The translations under genes and the position numbers were made by a program. DNA of 64,000 nucleotides from Heterodontus francisci (lineage: Eukaryota), in assembly GCF_036365525.1 (NCBI RefSeq), contig NC_090392.1, positions 61,443,247-61,507,246 on the forward strand, given 5' to 3'. Under the pieces are notes generated by a model that did not search any database, was not told where the DNA came from, and was given only the letters and a program-made list of their open reading frames with translations. This document shows positions 50,425 to 63,270 of the stretch, in pieces. The stretch's first letter is position 1; each line of letters starts with the position of its first letter.

Positions 50425-50448
50425 CAGCATCCGCAGTATTTTGCTTTT
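50425..50448 (+). mobile_element. Micro-insertion of the Penelope terminal tip
   Basis: cagcatccgcagtattttgctttt is identical to 19957-19980 and is flanked by the attatcttattt duplication (50407-50418 / 50449-50460). Confidence 0.75.
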
Positions 50449-52693
50449 ATTATCTTATTTGATATCAAATGGTTGTAAAATAGTATTTTATTGGCCAATT
50501 ATTATTATGCAAGAGTTCAGATACAACATTAAGTTGCAGGTTGAAAATTCCTTTTCATTGTTGATTACTGAGCATTGCTTTCGGACATTGCTAAAATTAT
50601 GCTGGATTGCATTGGTTTGATGCACATTTTATTCACACAAAGAAATGCTGCTACCTGAAAAGTAAAAGGCAGCAACATGAAGAGGGGCATGACACAGCTA
50701 CCTGGAGCTGTCCCAAATATAAGTTTGCGAAAGTATAAAGGTCATTGTGCATTAACAAGTATTGCATATTACTAAAGTCTGTTAGAAGGGGGGAAGAAAG
50801 TGAATTCTGGCTATTGAAATTTTATTTTGTCAATGCCCCCACCCTTTTCCTCCCTTCACTTTCTCCCAAGCATTTAAATATAAACGCAGCAAACGCTGAA
50901 TACTTTACTTTCTGATTGCTAGTTTATTAAATGCCCGATTTACTGTGACAATGAAAATATTCCATTCACATTTTAGTAATTCATACCAGAATCACTTCAG
51001 AGTACTAGGCTAATTTTGTTTTCGGAATATCCAATCAGTTATCAAACCTGCAATATCTGGTCAGTTTAAGGAAGTTCAACCTTGCAACATTGGATCAATT
51101 TTGATTTTGCTATATCCAATCAATTTCCTTCAAATAAAATTCAATTGATCCTTTGACTGCATATTGAAAGCCAAATAATCCAAACAGGTAATTGAATTAT
51201 GGTTTTCCTACAAACAGGCACTGATAATGACAGTAGCCTTAGGGACAGGATATTAGCCGGGCTAATAAAAACTGAACATAAGTTGTCAGATTGATTATCA
51301 GTTCCTTATGTTTGGAGATCTTCTCTTAGGAAATACCAGCTTTGATCTCCGCACATGGCTAAACAGGTCACAGGATCAATGAAGGGATTTGCTATTCCAG
51401 TGACAGTACTCAGTTGCATGAGTAAAAACCTGCTTTATTGCCATTATGATTGTGTGAAGATTGTTACAGAGCTTTGCAAGTACAGGAAGAGGTGAAAGGA
51501 CTGAATTAACCCATTTATGATCATTTGGCTCTGGCAACAAACACTTCAGGTAACCTACCAAATATGAAACTAAGGAACCTGACACAAGTGAAAAAGTTAA
51601 TGGGTTAATACACTACTAATAGCAGAGAAACCATAATAATATTTTAAAGAGTATGATTGTCAGCCCTGTTTCAGATAGTGAAATAGCCTTAACACCACCT
51701 TGAACAAGGCAATCAAACTATTTTCTTCACCTGCTTACCTGTATTTAACTGAATACTCTACAACACTGTTGGGATGAATTTCCAATATTTTGCTACACGC
51801 ATTCTAAATCCAGTTTGTCTCATTCACCAGATATGCAACAGTGAAAGCTGTGGTGTTGAGCAAAAGAGAAAACCATATAATTTAGAAGTTAAAGCCACCT
51901 TGGAGAAGTGTGGCTTTCAAAATGCTTAATGCTCAAATGACAATTTTGCCTTTACCCATTTTAATGACTAGAGACCAACAAAATAGGTTCTGGAGCTTTT
52001 CAGCAAAAATATAAGGGGAAAGAAAGAGTATTGACAAACCACAGCAAACTGTGCCATTCAGTATTAAACTTTCAATACAAATCTTACTGTATGTGAAGTA
52101 TTACTTCACTGTTCAGATGTGCTGTACAAAAACAATAAATTCAGCACCTGACATGGTGCCATCTTAAGTGGTAGAATGAGATTGAGCATATGTACCTATT
52201 AGAAACTGTGACATCGTAAAGCAGCAAGATCTGTCAAAACACACATACCATTACACAGGATATATGCCATCATTGACTGATCTGTCATATTGACGTTATG
52301 GAATCATCTTGGAGGGGATATGATATTACTGATGGGCATATAAACATTCCCCAATTAGTCATGTTATTATGTTCTTGGCATAAAATTATTACAAACAACA
52401 TGTTTCTTCACACCATCTTTTTCAAGCCTTAAACTAAGTAGGTTGGTGAAATAAAACATTGCCACCCTTTAAGTAGACCTTTCAAGGGGTATATACGAAT
52501 ATAGTGTCGATACTTTTAATTGTGGGGTAGGTAGCTAAGAAAATAGCACTGTAGCACTGCTGTTTGCACAACTGAGACCACAAAGCTAACTTCTAACACA
52601 GGGTCTGTACTTGACTTCTTTGAGCAGAGAAACACATTCTGTACATAGATTTACAAATCCTGTCAAGTATTTTGTTAAACTAATAACTATTAA

Positions 52694-52917
52694 CTAGAGC
52701 TGTGTTGCCTGCCCATGGTGTTCTTCATGATCCATCTGATCCAGAATGGCCATTTCATCCTCAGGCTGGTGTCTGTACTTGTGAAACTCTTCTTTCATGG
52801 CAGAAAAATAAGCATATGGATCCTGACGGGAGTGTCTCTTCTTTTGGAGGTAGAGAATGCCTTGGGGCTGGAGAACCTGAGATTCACCGGGCTGCTGGAC
52901 CTGTGAGATTGGAAAAC
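52694..52917 (-). CDS. Terminal coding exon of an unidentified host gene (...FPISQVQQPGESQ...LDQMDHEEHHGQATQL*)
   Basis: Strong acceptor ctaattaaatttttcttcttttgattag|GT, 73 open codons then TAG, GC-richer than its flanks, phase matches the 60284-60405 exon. Confidence 0.75.
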
Positions 52918-53108
52918 CTAATCAAAAGAAGAAAAATTTAATTAGATGCTAACTAAAAATCAATGATAACTCTGTATGGTAGGCCTTAAGTACTTTATAT
53001 AGGAATTAAGTTTGAAATTCCTTGCTAGGTACTACCAATAGCAGCTGATTGAGGGACAGTACAATTATAGGAAATAAGTCTGCAATATATTTTTTCTGTA
53101 GAAATAAT

Positions 53109-53863
53109 GGCCTGGATTTTCCCGCCCGTGATGACGGGGTTTGAGGCTGGGGTGTGGGAAAATAGAGGGGAGCCATGCCAGGATGGCTCTCCGCCGCCTC
53201 TGGGGGATATAGGGGATCATCTTCCGGGATGGACTGGGAACTGGGTCAGCTGCCCACTCCACGGAGACGGGCAGCCAATTAGTTCAATTAAGGCACCACT
53301 TAGGGGCCATTTTGCACCAGCGCCAGTATTTTACCAACGTCCAAGCGCACCCCCCCCCTCCAGCTGTGTGCAGAGGCCGCCAGCTCAATCGAGGTGGCCT
53401 CCTGATGGCAGGTCTGGGGCCCATCGGAGCCAGAGGCTCCGTGCCCTATTGCCAAGGCCGTGGGGATGAGAGGCCGGAGCCCTGTCCATGAATAGATTTT
53501 CAGAGGGATTTCCCCTCCAACCTGATGGCCTTAATGGCTTTGGGCTTCTTTAATTTATATCTTCAATGCAGGTAGCCGAGGATGCCTCCATATTGAGGTG
53601 CCCTCATGCTTGCCTGACTGCCTCGGCAGCGCCCACCTCTCCTGGTGGGGCTGCAGGCCTGACATCACTGCGGACCCTCTGATTGGGCCTGCAGCATAGG
53701 AAGTTCGCCCGCCATTCTTAATAGAATGGTGAGTAGTGAGATGGCCAATTAGGTGGTCGCCTCCCAGAAGGTTTTGCAGATGGGCGCTATGGCGACATGG
53801 GGGGTCGGAACCCCCATATGGGCCTGACATCGGGATTCTGACCCCCGCCAGAAAATCCAGCAG
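53109..53863. mobile_element. Harbinger-type MITE (intronic)
   Basis: Termini ggcctggattttc / gaaaatccagc; interior similar to 16837-17499. Confidence 0.7.
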
Positions 53864-55014
53864 AATGAGCTAATTTCCCACTTCAAAGCGCATGCTTTGA
53901 GTTATTAAAAGTCCATATGGCTGGTAGCACCAATCTTCAAATAGCCCTGTTTGCTAATTTTCTCCCATTTTCTCATGAAGTTGCTGAATCCTGTGGGGTT
54001 AGGATTCCATGTGCACCAGATGCCTTCCAGCATCTTGCCCAAGTGGACATTCTTCATGTACGAGCCTATACAAAGCGTTGGGAGATTATTCAACTGTAGG
54101 GACATCACAATGAAGACTAATCCTATCCTCACCCAGCATTTACACAGGCACATTGATTAGTAATAATTGGGAACCCGGACTAATTTTTCCCTCCCTCATT
54201 CTGGGATGACAGTTGTTAAATCTTGACAGCTGCGCTGGTAGAGATCAACTAACCTAGATCATGAATGCCAGGACCTTTGGTTCTGTATGATTCAGTTATA
54301 CACTACCTCTAGTAACTGTGTACTGGGGATTCAAGAGGTATTAACTTTCTATCACATTGAAGACTAAAACTCTATTGCAAGGCTATATCAGAAAATACAA
54401 ATGCCAATTGTGCATTTACTGGCAGAGATAAACAATTGGACCAAAAATCAAAAAAAAACAAATTCCTCGCATACATTCTCAATAATTAGTTCAGTCACTT
54501 TGGGGAGTTGGTAAGAGTTTTGCTGAGATAATATTTTACTTAAAAGAACATTTTTACGATATCTTAAGGTTGTATCCTCCATTATTTAGTTGTTTCCCTC
54601 ATTTTTATGTATATCTTTGTCATACATTTTATTCTAACTCAGAATAATTCCTAACCTTAAGCAAATGGAGTTCTGTATTTACCTGCTCGGAAGGAAGGCA
54701 TAACAATTGTTCAACGTTAACCCTAGTGTATCAACTTTTCCTCTCCCTCTCGAGGGAAACACTTAGCCTCTGTTCAACAGTTCCCTATGGTAGCCTGATT
54801 GATATAGAGAATTCAGCAGCATGTTATGTCACCAGATCACTTAAATCTTTATGGTATCTTAAAAATCCAGTCGGTGGCAAGACTGACAATGGGGAGCCAT
54901 TATCTTAGGATGACCAAAACAATGTTGAGCTTTTAACACAACTAAGTCCTGATTTTATTTGATATTATCATCAAACACTTGCCTCTTATCTAATTTTGAG
55001 GGTAAAATACAGCA

Positions 55015-55440
55015 ACAGAAAAGAAAGCATTTATATGGTGCTTTTCACAACAACTGGATGTCTCAAAGTGCTTTACAACCATTGAAGAACGTTTTTTGAA
55101 GTGTAGTCACTGTTGTAACGTTAGAAACATGGTAGCCAATTCACCACATAGCAAACTACCACCAACAGCAACGTGAAAATGACCAGGTAATTTGTTTTCA
55201 TTGAGGGTTAAATATTGGCCAGGATACCGGGGATAACTCTCCTGCTCTTCTTCGAAATAGTGCCAAGGGGGATCTTTTACGTCCACCTGAGAGGGCAGAT
55301 GAGGCCTTGGTTTAATGTCTCATCTGAAAGACAGCACCTCTGTCAGTGCAGTGCTCTCTCAGTACAATGCATTGGAGTGTCAGCCTTGGTTTTTGTGCTT
55401 ATGTCCCGGAGAGGTACTTGAACCTGGAACCTTGTAACCT
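55015..55440 (-). mobile_element. Deu-domain SINE
   Basis: Reverse complement of 29695-30130 (aaatattggccagga...ctgagagggcagatgaggccttggtttaa...ctcagtac). Confidence 0.85.
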
Positions 55441-57074
55441 GGAACAGGGCAGTAGATATATCCACCACACCTGTGGTGAACCAGGCAGCCCTCTAACCAT
55501 ATATGCTGTTGGCTTTCTACGACTGTGTTGATGATGAAGACTAAAACATGATTGCAAGGCTATATCAGAAAATACACACAGCAATTGATTGATCCAAATC
55601 AACTTTTCACCACTATTAAACGAATGAGAAAAATATTAGAATACATTCTCAATACCTTTAGAACTTACTGTGAACTGTTACTGAATACATTATACTAGCT
55701 AGGATCCCATGTGTATACCCTAAAATATGCATATTATGCTACAAAGTCAGTTAGAAAAGTGTACTATATCGGTGAGCTGTCCACGGTTCTACGTACCTAA
55801 TAATGTCACTAGTTGATGGAATTGCAAAATACAATAGGAAAACACCAATACCATCATAAAGGGTGTAATATTAAGGAACCAGGAAAAGCTTATTTATTTT
55901 TTCAAGCTGACCTCATCGTTCAGGTCAAAGGGGTGAACTTCAATCTCATGAAAATCAGAGTACACTGCAAGTGAAGTTGTAAGTGAAAGCAAATCTCTTC
56001 AGCTGCAACAACATACATGAGCCACAGAAAGTTAATAAATTGGATCCTGTCAATCTGCAGTTATGTTAGTTAATTAAATAGTTCTGATTCGAAGACTGAG
56101 TCCCAAGTGTGAAATGATCTGCTTTGTATTTAATGGCTCTGGGATGAGAATGGTGGAAATTTTGTAGCAGAAATGGTAATTCTGCAAGCATGCAAGAATG
56201 AAACGGGCTAGGGATTATTGCGCAATACCTTATTTTCTAGACCTTGGTCGCATCGCCAAAGGTTTGCAGTACAACTTGGTGTTTACACGCGATGTGACCT
56301 TGGCCTGCAAAACATGAATTGTGCAATTAATTGCACAGCCTTTCCTCAGATAGAAACCATGCCACGGCTATCTGACCTATTTTAAGAGCGAACGTGCTCA
56401 AGAAGTTAAACTTTTGGGTCACTATCTCACCCTCTTTATTGTGATTTCTTTCACTGAGCCATGCATCACTTTCAAGATCTTTTTGCCTGGTCAAAGAAGC
56501 AAATAGTGACCAGTTGTACTAAAAAGTTGCAATAATTAGCTATAATCAATTAGTCACTTCCAATTTGGCATTGTTTAATCAAAGTTATAGTTATTAAGGT
56601 TATATAAATTGGTAACCTTTTACTCTAAGGATTGCTGGCTACTTGTTGCAATGAAAGTTTGATATTGAGATGTAGATTCTACTGGGAGAGGTGCAGAGTA
56701 TGACATGAGTATCAAGGCAAGGTACAATATTACTAATTGTAAACTCTCAAGCCAGGCCAGAAGAAGAACTGAAAGTCACTTTCTGATGGTGGTTAAAGGT
56801 CTGAAATGAAATGAGTTTGCAATATGATTGCTACCTGACTGTTCGAGAATAGCTTTTACTTGATGGCACATTTTGAGGCTCTGTGAACTGTGCAATAAGA
56901 AGATCCTTGGCTTAAAGCCTGTTCTGACTTCAGTCAAGGAAGGCAGTGATATAGGTCTCAGCATGATCAGTTTAGGAAGAGGAAAATGGCCAATGGAAAA
57001 TGGTCAGTATCCAGTGACCTGTTTTGGAAATCTGTATGCATTACTTTCAGATTAAATTCACCAGCATCATGTCA

Positions 57075-57520
57075 GGGATGAGAAATTATAGTTATGAGGA
57101 GATACCAGAGATACCTGAACTATTTTCACTGGAACAGAGGAGTCTAAACGGATTTAATAGAGGCTTTTAAAATGATTAAGGATTTTGACAATGTGACTAG
57201 GAAAGACTATTTCCTCTGATTGGGGAGTCAGTAACGATGGGTCATCAATTTAAAACTACCACTAGGAGAATTAAGAGAGTGATTAGGAGCATTCTCTTTA
57301 TAATAGAGTTGTTAAAGCATAGAATGCTTTGCTATAGGGAATAGTTGAGGCAGAACCAACTACATCTTTTAAGGAAAGAATAGACAAATATGTGCATTAG
57401 AGGAAATATAGGGGAAAAAGGCAGAGTCGTGGGATTTTGGATTTCTGTAGCAAAACGCTGGTACAGTGATGATGAACCAAATGCACTCCTTCAGTACTGT
57501 AATTTATATGATTATAGGTG
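57075..57520 (+). mobile_element. Old CR1 3' remnant
   Basis: Degenerate YSYEE...LFSLEQRSL...DLIEAFK...LFPLIGES motifs and 3' tail. Confidence 0.75.
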
Positions 57521-58710
57521 AGGACAGGATTTTAGACTTGTGATGGCCTACACAGTTAAATGACCTCCTGATGCTCATTGTCAAAGTTCATATCTGAAAA
57601 TAGCTACTTGAGTGAAGTATTGTTATTACTTGTGAAGCCAAACCCTTATATGAGTTGCTGCCTTTAAGAAAGTAATGTGTCAGAGGGGACAAATGGAGGA
57701 GGAAATGAAAACAGAACAGACTCTGAGGAATATATTTCCTCACATAAAATAGAATTAAGTGATAATTAGATGACATGCTGAAAGCTGAATGGTGGAGGGA
57801 AGCAGCGAGAAATTAAGTGAATCAAAATTGGAGTTCATTTTCTTAATTATGATCTGAAGATTGAATTCCTCTTTTCTTTGCACTTTGGGTTGAAATTTAT
57901 ATAACGGGACATTCTCAGCCTACCAAAGTATTGGTGAACCTATTAAATTTAAAATGTCAGAAGCCCTGATAGTATCAGGGGATCTTTGTCAGCAAGTTCT
58001 GCAGGGTTTCTCATGACTGCCCACTGTATGTTTGGTGGAGAGAAGGTGCCAAAGTTATGGCAAGAAATAAAGGAATCCCCTTAAACATTCTACCTTTCCT
58101 GCTCTACTCAGCTGAGCATTCTGTTCAATCAGTGCATGACAAAAATATGCTGCATTGCATTAGATTTTTGACATGTTGAAAATACTACTGGGTTTATCCA
58201 GTGTGAACGGATGGATTAGACAGGGCTGAATTTCACATGAAAAAGGCTACAGATATGTTTTACAAAAATTACCAAGCAGGCAGATCTATTGGATTACTAA
58301 AAAGAAAACAACATAACAATTGATGGGTAGAGAATATTTCACATAGGACTGGTTTCCGGCATAATGCAGGTTGCAGTTAGACTGGAACTTCCAGTCTCAG
58401 GCTTGCCTCTGAAGTGTGATGCATGCATGGCAGACCAGAGTTATACCTCTAGCTGCTTAACCACTCACTTCATATTACAATCAGCTAGAAAGGAGTTCTG
58501 CAGATATATGCACAGATGTAGACCCAGAGCTTTGTTTCCTTGATCGCTATGTTTTAATGATTTTTTTTAACATACTTTATAAAATGTTTCCTGAAATATA
58601 GGGGTGTTTGTTCATTTTTGACAGACATCAGCACTGCCTTATGCAAGAGGTGCAACAATTTTGAAAAATCATTACCGTTCCAACTGCTCAAAATGCAGGA
58701 ACATAGAACA

Positions 58711-58902
58711 TAGAACATTACAGCGCAGTACAGGCCCTTCGGCCCTCGATGTTGCGCCGACCTGTGAAACCATCTGACCTAAACTATTCCATTTTCATCC
58801 ATATGTCTATCCAATGACCACTTAAATGCCCTTAAAGTTGGCGAGTCTACTACTGTTGCAGGCAGGGCGTTCCACGCCCCTACTACTCTCTGAGTAAAGA
58901 AA
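58711..58902 (-). mobile_element. Short young CR1 3' end, same family as 12225-13828
   Basis: Near-identical reverse complement of about 13625-13815; flanked by atagaaca (58703-58710 / 58903-58910). Confidence 0.93.
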
Positions 58903-60283
58903 ATAGAACACAGGAACTTCTCAGAAGGTTCCAGGAATCCAGTGCCTCGAATGTGGACCCCAGCAGGTCCAGGTAAATTAAAGGGGGCGGGGGGGAGTCA
59001 TGGTGAGGGGCAAGTCATCCTGGGGAAGGCTGCCAAGGGTTGGGCATCACAGATTTTGATTTTTGTGGGACAATGAGGAAGATTATTGCTCCTCATGACC
59101 CCACAGAAATCACTGACAAACCTTTTTAATGAACTTTTCCTGAGCGCCCTGCATTGGTCCCTTTAAAGACTGCTGGTTAGGCTGCTCAGTGCCAAGAACC
59201 AATGGCTGTAGCACATGCAGTGGTCCTATTGATGCCAAGGAACCCCAGTTTGCATGGGCTAATAAGGTTCCCAGCTGTGTCAGGTGGGTGCATGGGCCAG
59301 TCATATCAAGGACCATACTAAAATGTCAGAAGCTAGGACATTGGCAAGAACACATTAGTTGGTGATGTGTCATGATTTTCATTGTGCTACTGTGCCATTT
59401 CTGTCCAGCAGAGCTGGAGAAAATTGTGTTCTAGATACATTCAAGCTACTCGATGCGTACCCTATTTTATGTAAGCTGTGTAAAAAAATTCATGTACAAA
59501 ATTGGATAGAGTGCAGAACTTTTCCATTAAATTTTGTCCAGTATCTCTCCTATTACTGTGAACCAAATCCAGACAATCTTTTCTACTTAAGAGACTATTT
59601 TTGTGACATCATGTTTCCTAAGAGTAAGGAATGGTTGACTAAGTCAGATTTAACTTTAATGTGGCTTGCTTGATGCTTCAATGTTCTTCTGAAGTAAAAG
59701 TTAGCCTAATTCTCCATTGGATAGCCTTATTCCACAATGAATTCAGCAGAATTATTCATCAGATGAAGGCAAGTCATACCTGTGTAGAACCTATCAAACT
59801 GATCAAAGCATTCAAAGTATTATGAAAGGTATATCTTAGTAAAAATACCAAACTAATCTGAACTATAAATCCTTTGTGTTTATATAAATCTCATCATTAT
59901 GCTTAGGATGTGATAGTATTTAAAACAATAGCAACTAAAGCCTCGGAATGACAATTTGAAATGTTATATGTACACCTAATACATTTGCAAGGCAATTCTC
60001 TCCCTTCTCTTTTAATTGCGGCACTAACTTAATTACACTAATTGAGTTAGCCAATAGGTTATAACAGTGGATAGAGGAATGTTACATGAATGTGTTGTGT
60101 TCCAATGTTGAGATCACAAATAAGTATTTGGTACCTCTGCTATTCTAAAAATACAAAACAGATTCTGAAAATCTATCCAAGGAAGAACTTGTTGGTGAGG
60201 TCTGTACATATTACTCATTCATGCTCAGATCTACTTCAAAGTTATCCAATGTTCAGCCCTATTTCTGTCAGCACGTCACTCAC

Positions 60284-60405
60284 TGTTTTTTCGCTGTGCC
60301 TTTGAAGTGAGCTGGGTTGCCTTCTTGGGCTTTCGTATCCGTGGATATCTCAGTACTTCGAAACTCTCAGGTACAGCAGCCGCACCATGTGTATCTGGAG
60401 GCCTC
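60284..60405 (-). CDS. Internal coding exon of the same unidentified gene (RPPDTHGAAAVPESFEVLRYPRIRKPKKATQLTSKAQRKN)
   Basis: Acceptor ttttctgtttctcttgatcccacag|G and donor A|gtgagt; 122 nt; only one frame is open and it ends in phase 1, matching the terminal exon. Confidence 0.75.
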
Positions 60406-62989
60406 CTGTGGGATCAAGAGAAACAGAAAAGGGGATGGGGAAGAATTCAACTTTAACAGTTAGGCAGTCTGACTTGCAATTGTCTACTATCACTGGATGA
60501 TAGCTTGTTAGTAAAGCATCTATTCTTTCTAATATATTATCTACAGTATCTGAACCAAAATTCAACCATGTGGTTGGACAGACTGGGTCTAAGATATTCA
60601 ATCAAGTAGAACCAATTTTAAAATTATCCCACATTCAAGCCACATGACCTGAACTCAGATAGCTTTTTAAAGTATTTCTCACGTTCGTCCCTCTTCATCT
60701 CCTTAGGCCAGGTTGATCGGGAGGAGGGGGGGAGGGGGGTGGGGTGGGTGGTGGTGATGATTGGAGTGATTATTATTCCATCTTCATGGAAAAGTGCCTG
60801 TTTTCTGATGGGTATTTTGCACAACAAAAAAAGCTGATATCTAGGTGTCACCGTGCAGGGAACTGCAAAAGGCAAACTTCAAACTCTACAAGCCCATGAC
60901 ATGGCAAATGGAGACCAACTCACTGTGCCACCTTGTCAGATGCTGGTTCTCTGTTAACAGAAAAAACAGGGACAGAAAATCATTATGGCCCATTTTTCGG
61001 TGCATGCAATTGTGAGGCCTCAGGCTTATCTGAAATTGAACCTTGGGCCTTGTTTGCTTAATTCAGGTGAGCTGCAGCACCTATTCAGCTCAGCTTGAAG
61101 GTATGTCCCAAAACAGGGGGGAGGGTGCTAGCGATAATGGGGGAGGGGCAATCAGAGATACTGTGCAGTTGGGAGAGCATTCTACCCAGAATGTGGTAGT
61201 CCTGCACCTGCTCTGTTCACCAGTAACTGATTCCTGTATAGGGACTGAAAGCAGGCATTAGGTTCCTTGCAGATATAAATGGCAGATATAACACCTATTT
61301 TAGGTGCCTCCAAGGCACACCTGGGAACAAATTTTGGGTTGGATGTTCTTGAGTTGTGGGCACTGGCTTCTGAAATTGGGTCTTGTTCCGCTGTTTCATG
61401 TCCCTAAAACGTGTGCCCCGATGTCCAATTTTCTATCTTATTTATTCTTTCATTCCATAAACTCTTTGGAGAAGACATGATCAAAACATCTGAAACAGAA
61501 TAATGATGGGACACTGCTGGTTACATGCAATAAATCAACTCAATGGTTTCTTACTCTGTTCTCCAGTTATGTATTTTCTTTAGATTCCAATACTGTTTTG
61601 CCTCTTTTTTGTTTTAAAACTATTCCTATGCCACAAACTGTACTCTCAAATGAGAGACAGGTTGATGTCCTGCTGCTTTGCCTCTGCCCTTGCTGCTCAT
61701 GAGTCAGGTTCTAGGAACACTAGGGTTTTTTTTTTCTTATTTTCTCTTGCCTTTCCTCTCTCTTGAGGCAAAGTAACTCATCATGTAGCAAACACAGGTG
61801 TAAATTTTACAACTCATGAGACACGAGAAGTTGTTGACTGAGTATGTATATTTTAAGTAGTTAGTATGGGACTGGGTCAAAGAAAGCTGTGGAAATTGAT
61901 CAAAGACAATAATGAAATTGAATTCTGGTAGTCGCAGTTCTTAAATGTCAGAGTGAGACAATTCTGTTTCGGTTATAAATGAAATGCAGGGGACAGTGAT
62001 GTTATTTGAAGCAGCAAGTTGATAGGTGTGGAGTCTGGCTCACAGGGAATGGAATGGAAGCAACATTACTATACAGTATTGGGAAATCCCAACATTACCA
62101 CCAAACTATACTCTCTCACACCAGGAAATATTTCACAATATTATTGTAACAAACACTAAACTTAGAAAAGGTGTCAGTCTCTAAGGGAATGTTTCAGCCA
62201 TTAAATATAGATTAAAATAGTAGGTGGGTTACAACATTCCATTTCAAGTGACCCTAATTTTGTTCATTTTAAATTACCTGCAATTAATGCAATGACTGTA
62301 AGTGGTGCTGAGACAGGCATTTACAATGACAAACTACCATCATGCTAATTTTAATTCTGTACCCATAGCTGTCACAATAATATGAACCTGTCAGCCAACT
62401 TGCAGTTCATCTATGAAACTAGTGGATGAATCAGAAGGATTCCAATTCCCCTGTTGGCCGCCCCTATTCCTCCTCCCATCACAGAGCATCAGTCTGGACA
62501 TCCAACAACCCTCTGTCTTCCCTCCTCCCCCACTGACCATAATTTTTGTCCATCAGAATCCCTGGCATTATCATTTTATAATGGCCCTCTGCCAACCTTT
62601 TCCACCATTTTGGCCAACTGTACCTCCCCTCACTGAGCAGTTTGTCGGCTCTCCACTCCCTTTCCCTCTTCACCCCTTCCATATACCTCCCCCCCATCTT
62701 TTGCTGCTGTCTTGGTCCAATTACCTCTGTGCCTTGACCTGAACAGTATGCCTTGTCTTGACTTCGTTTGCCACATCATGGGAGATTGACTAGTGAATTT
62801 CTTAAATATGCTTGTTTTATGTTCTCTATATTTGCTGCTCAGCTACAGTGTTACTGTAAAGGATGTCATCATCTAAATTTATAATTAATGATATAGTGCA
62901 AAATTACTTAAGGTGGGATTAAAATTAAACATTTGGGTGATACCATGGAGTGCTTATGAATCTTAAGCACTGAGTAATTCCCATTAGAA

Positions 62990-63270
62990 TAGAATTCACG
63001 TAGAATTTACTGCACAGAAAAGGCCAATCGGTCCAACTGGTCCAAGGTTTATGTTCCAGACGAGTGTCCTCCAACCATACTTCATCTAACCCTATCAGCA
63101 TACTTTCTATTCTTTCTCCATTATGCACTTATGTAGCTGCCCCATAAATGCAACTGTGCTATTCGCCTGAACTATTCCACATTCTAACTACTCTCTGGGT
63201 AAAAAAGTGTCTCCTAAATTTCCTATTGGATTTATTAATGACTGTCTTATATTTAAGGCCTCTAGTAATG
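62990..63270 (-). mobile_element. CR1 3' end remnant
   Basis: TRGLKYK...FRRHFFTQRVVRMWNS motif and 3' UTR. Confidence 0.8.

Noticed and set aside
51730-51810. Strong donor cag|gtaagc on the minus strand with a short open frame
   Set aside because: No polypyrimidine acceptor upstream and it lies after the stop codon; not supportable as an exon.
53905-54160. Overlapping ORFs as an additional exon of the minus-strand gene
   Set aside because: The open frame after ctacag is phase 0, incompatible with the phase-1 donor at 60284, and the peptide is not recognisable.
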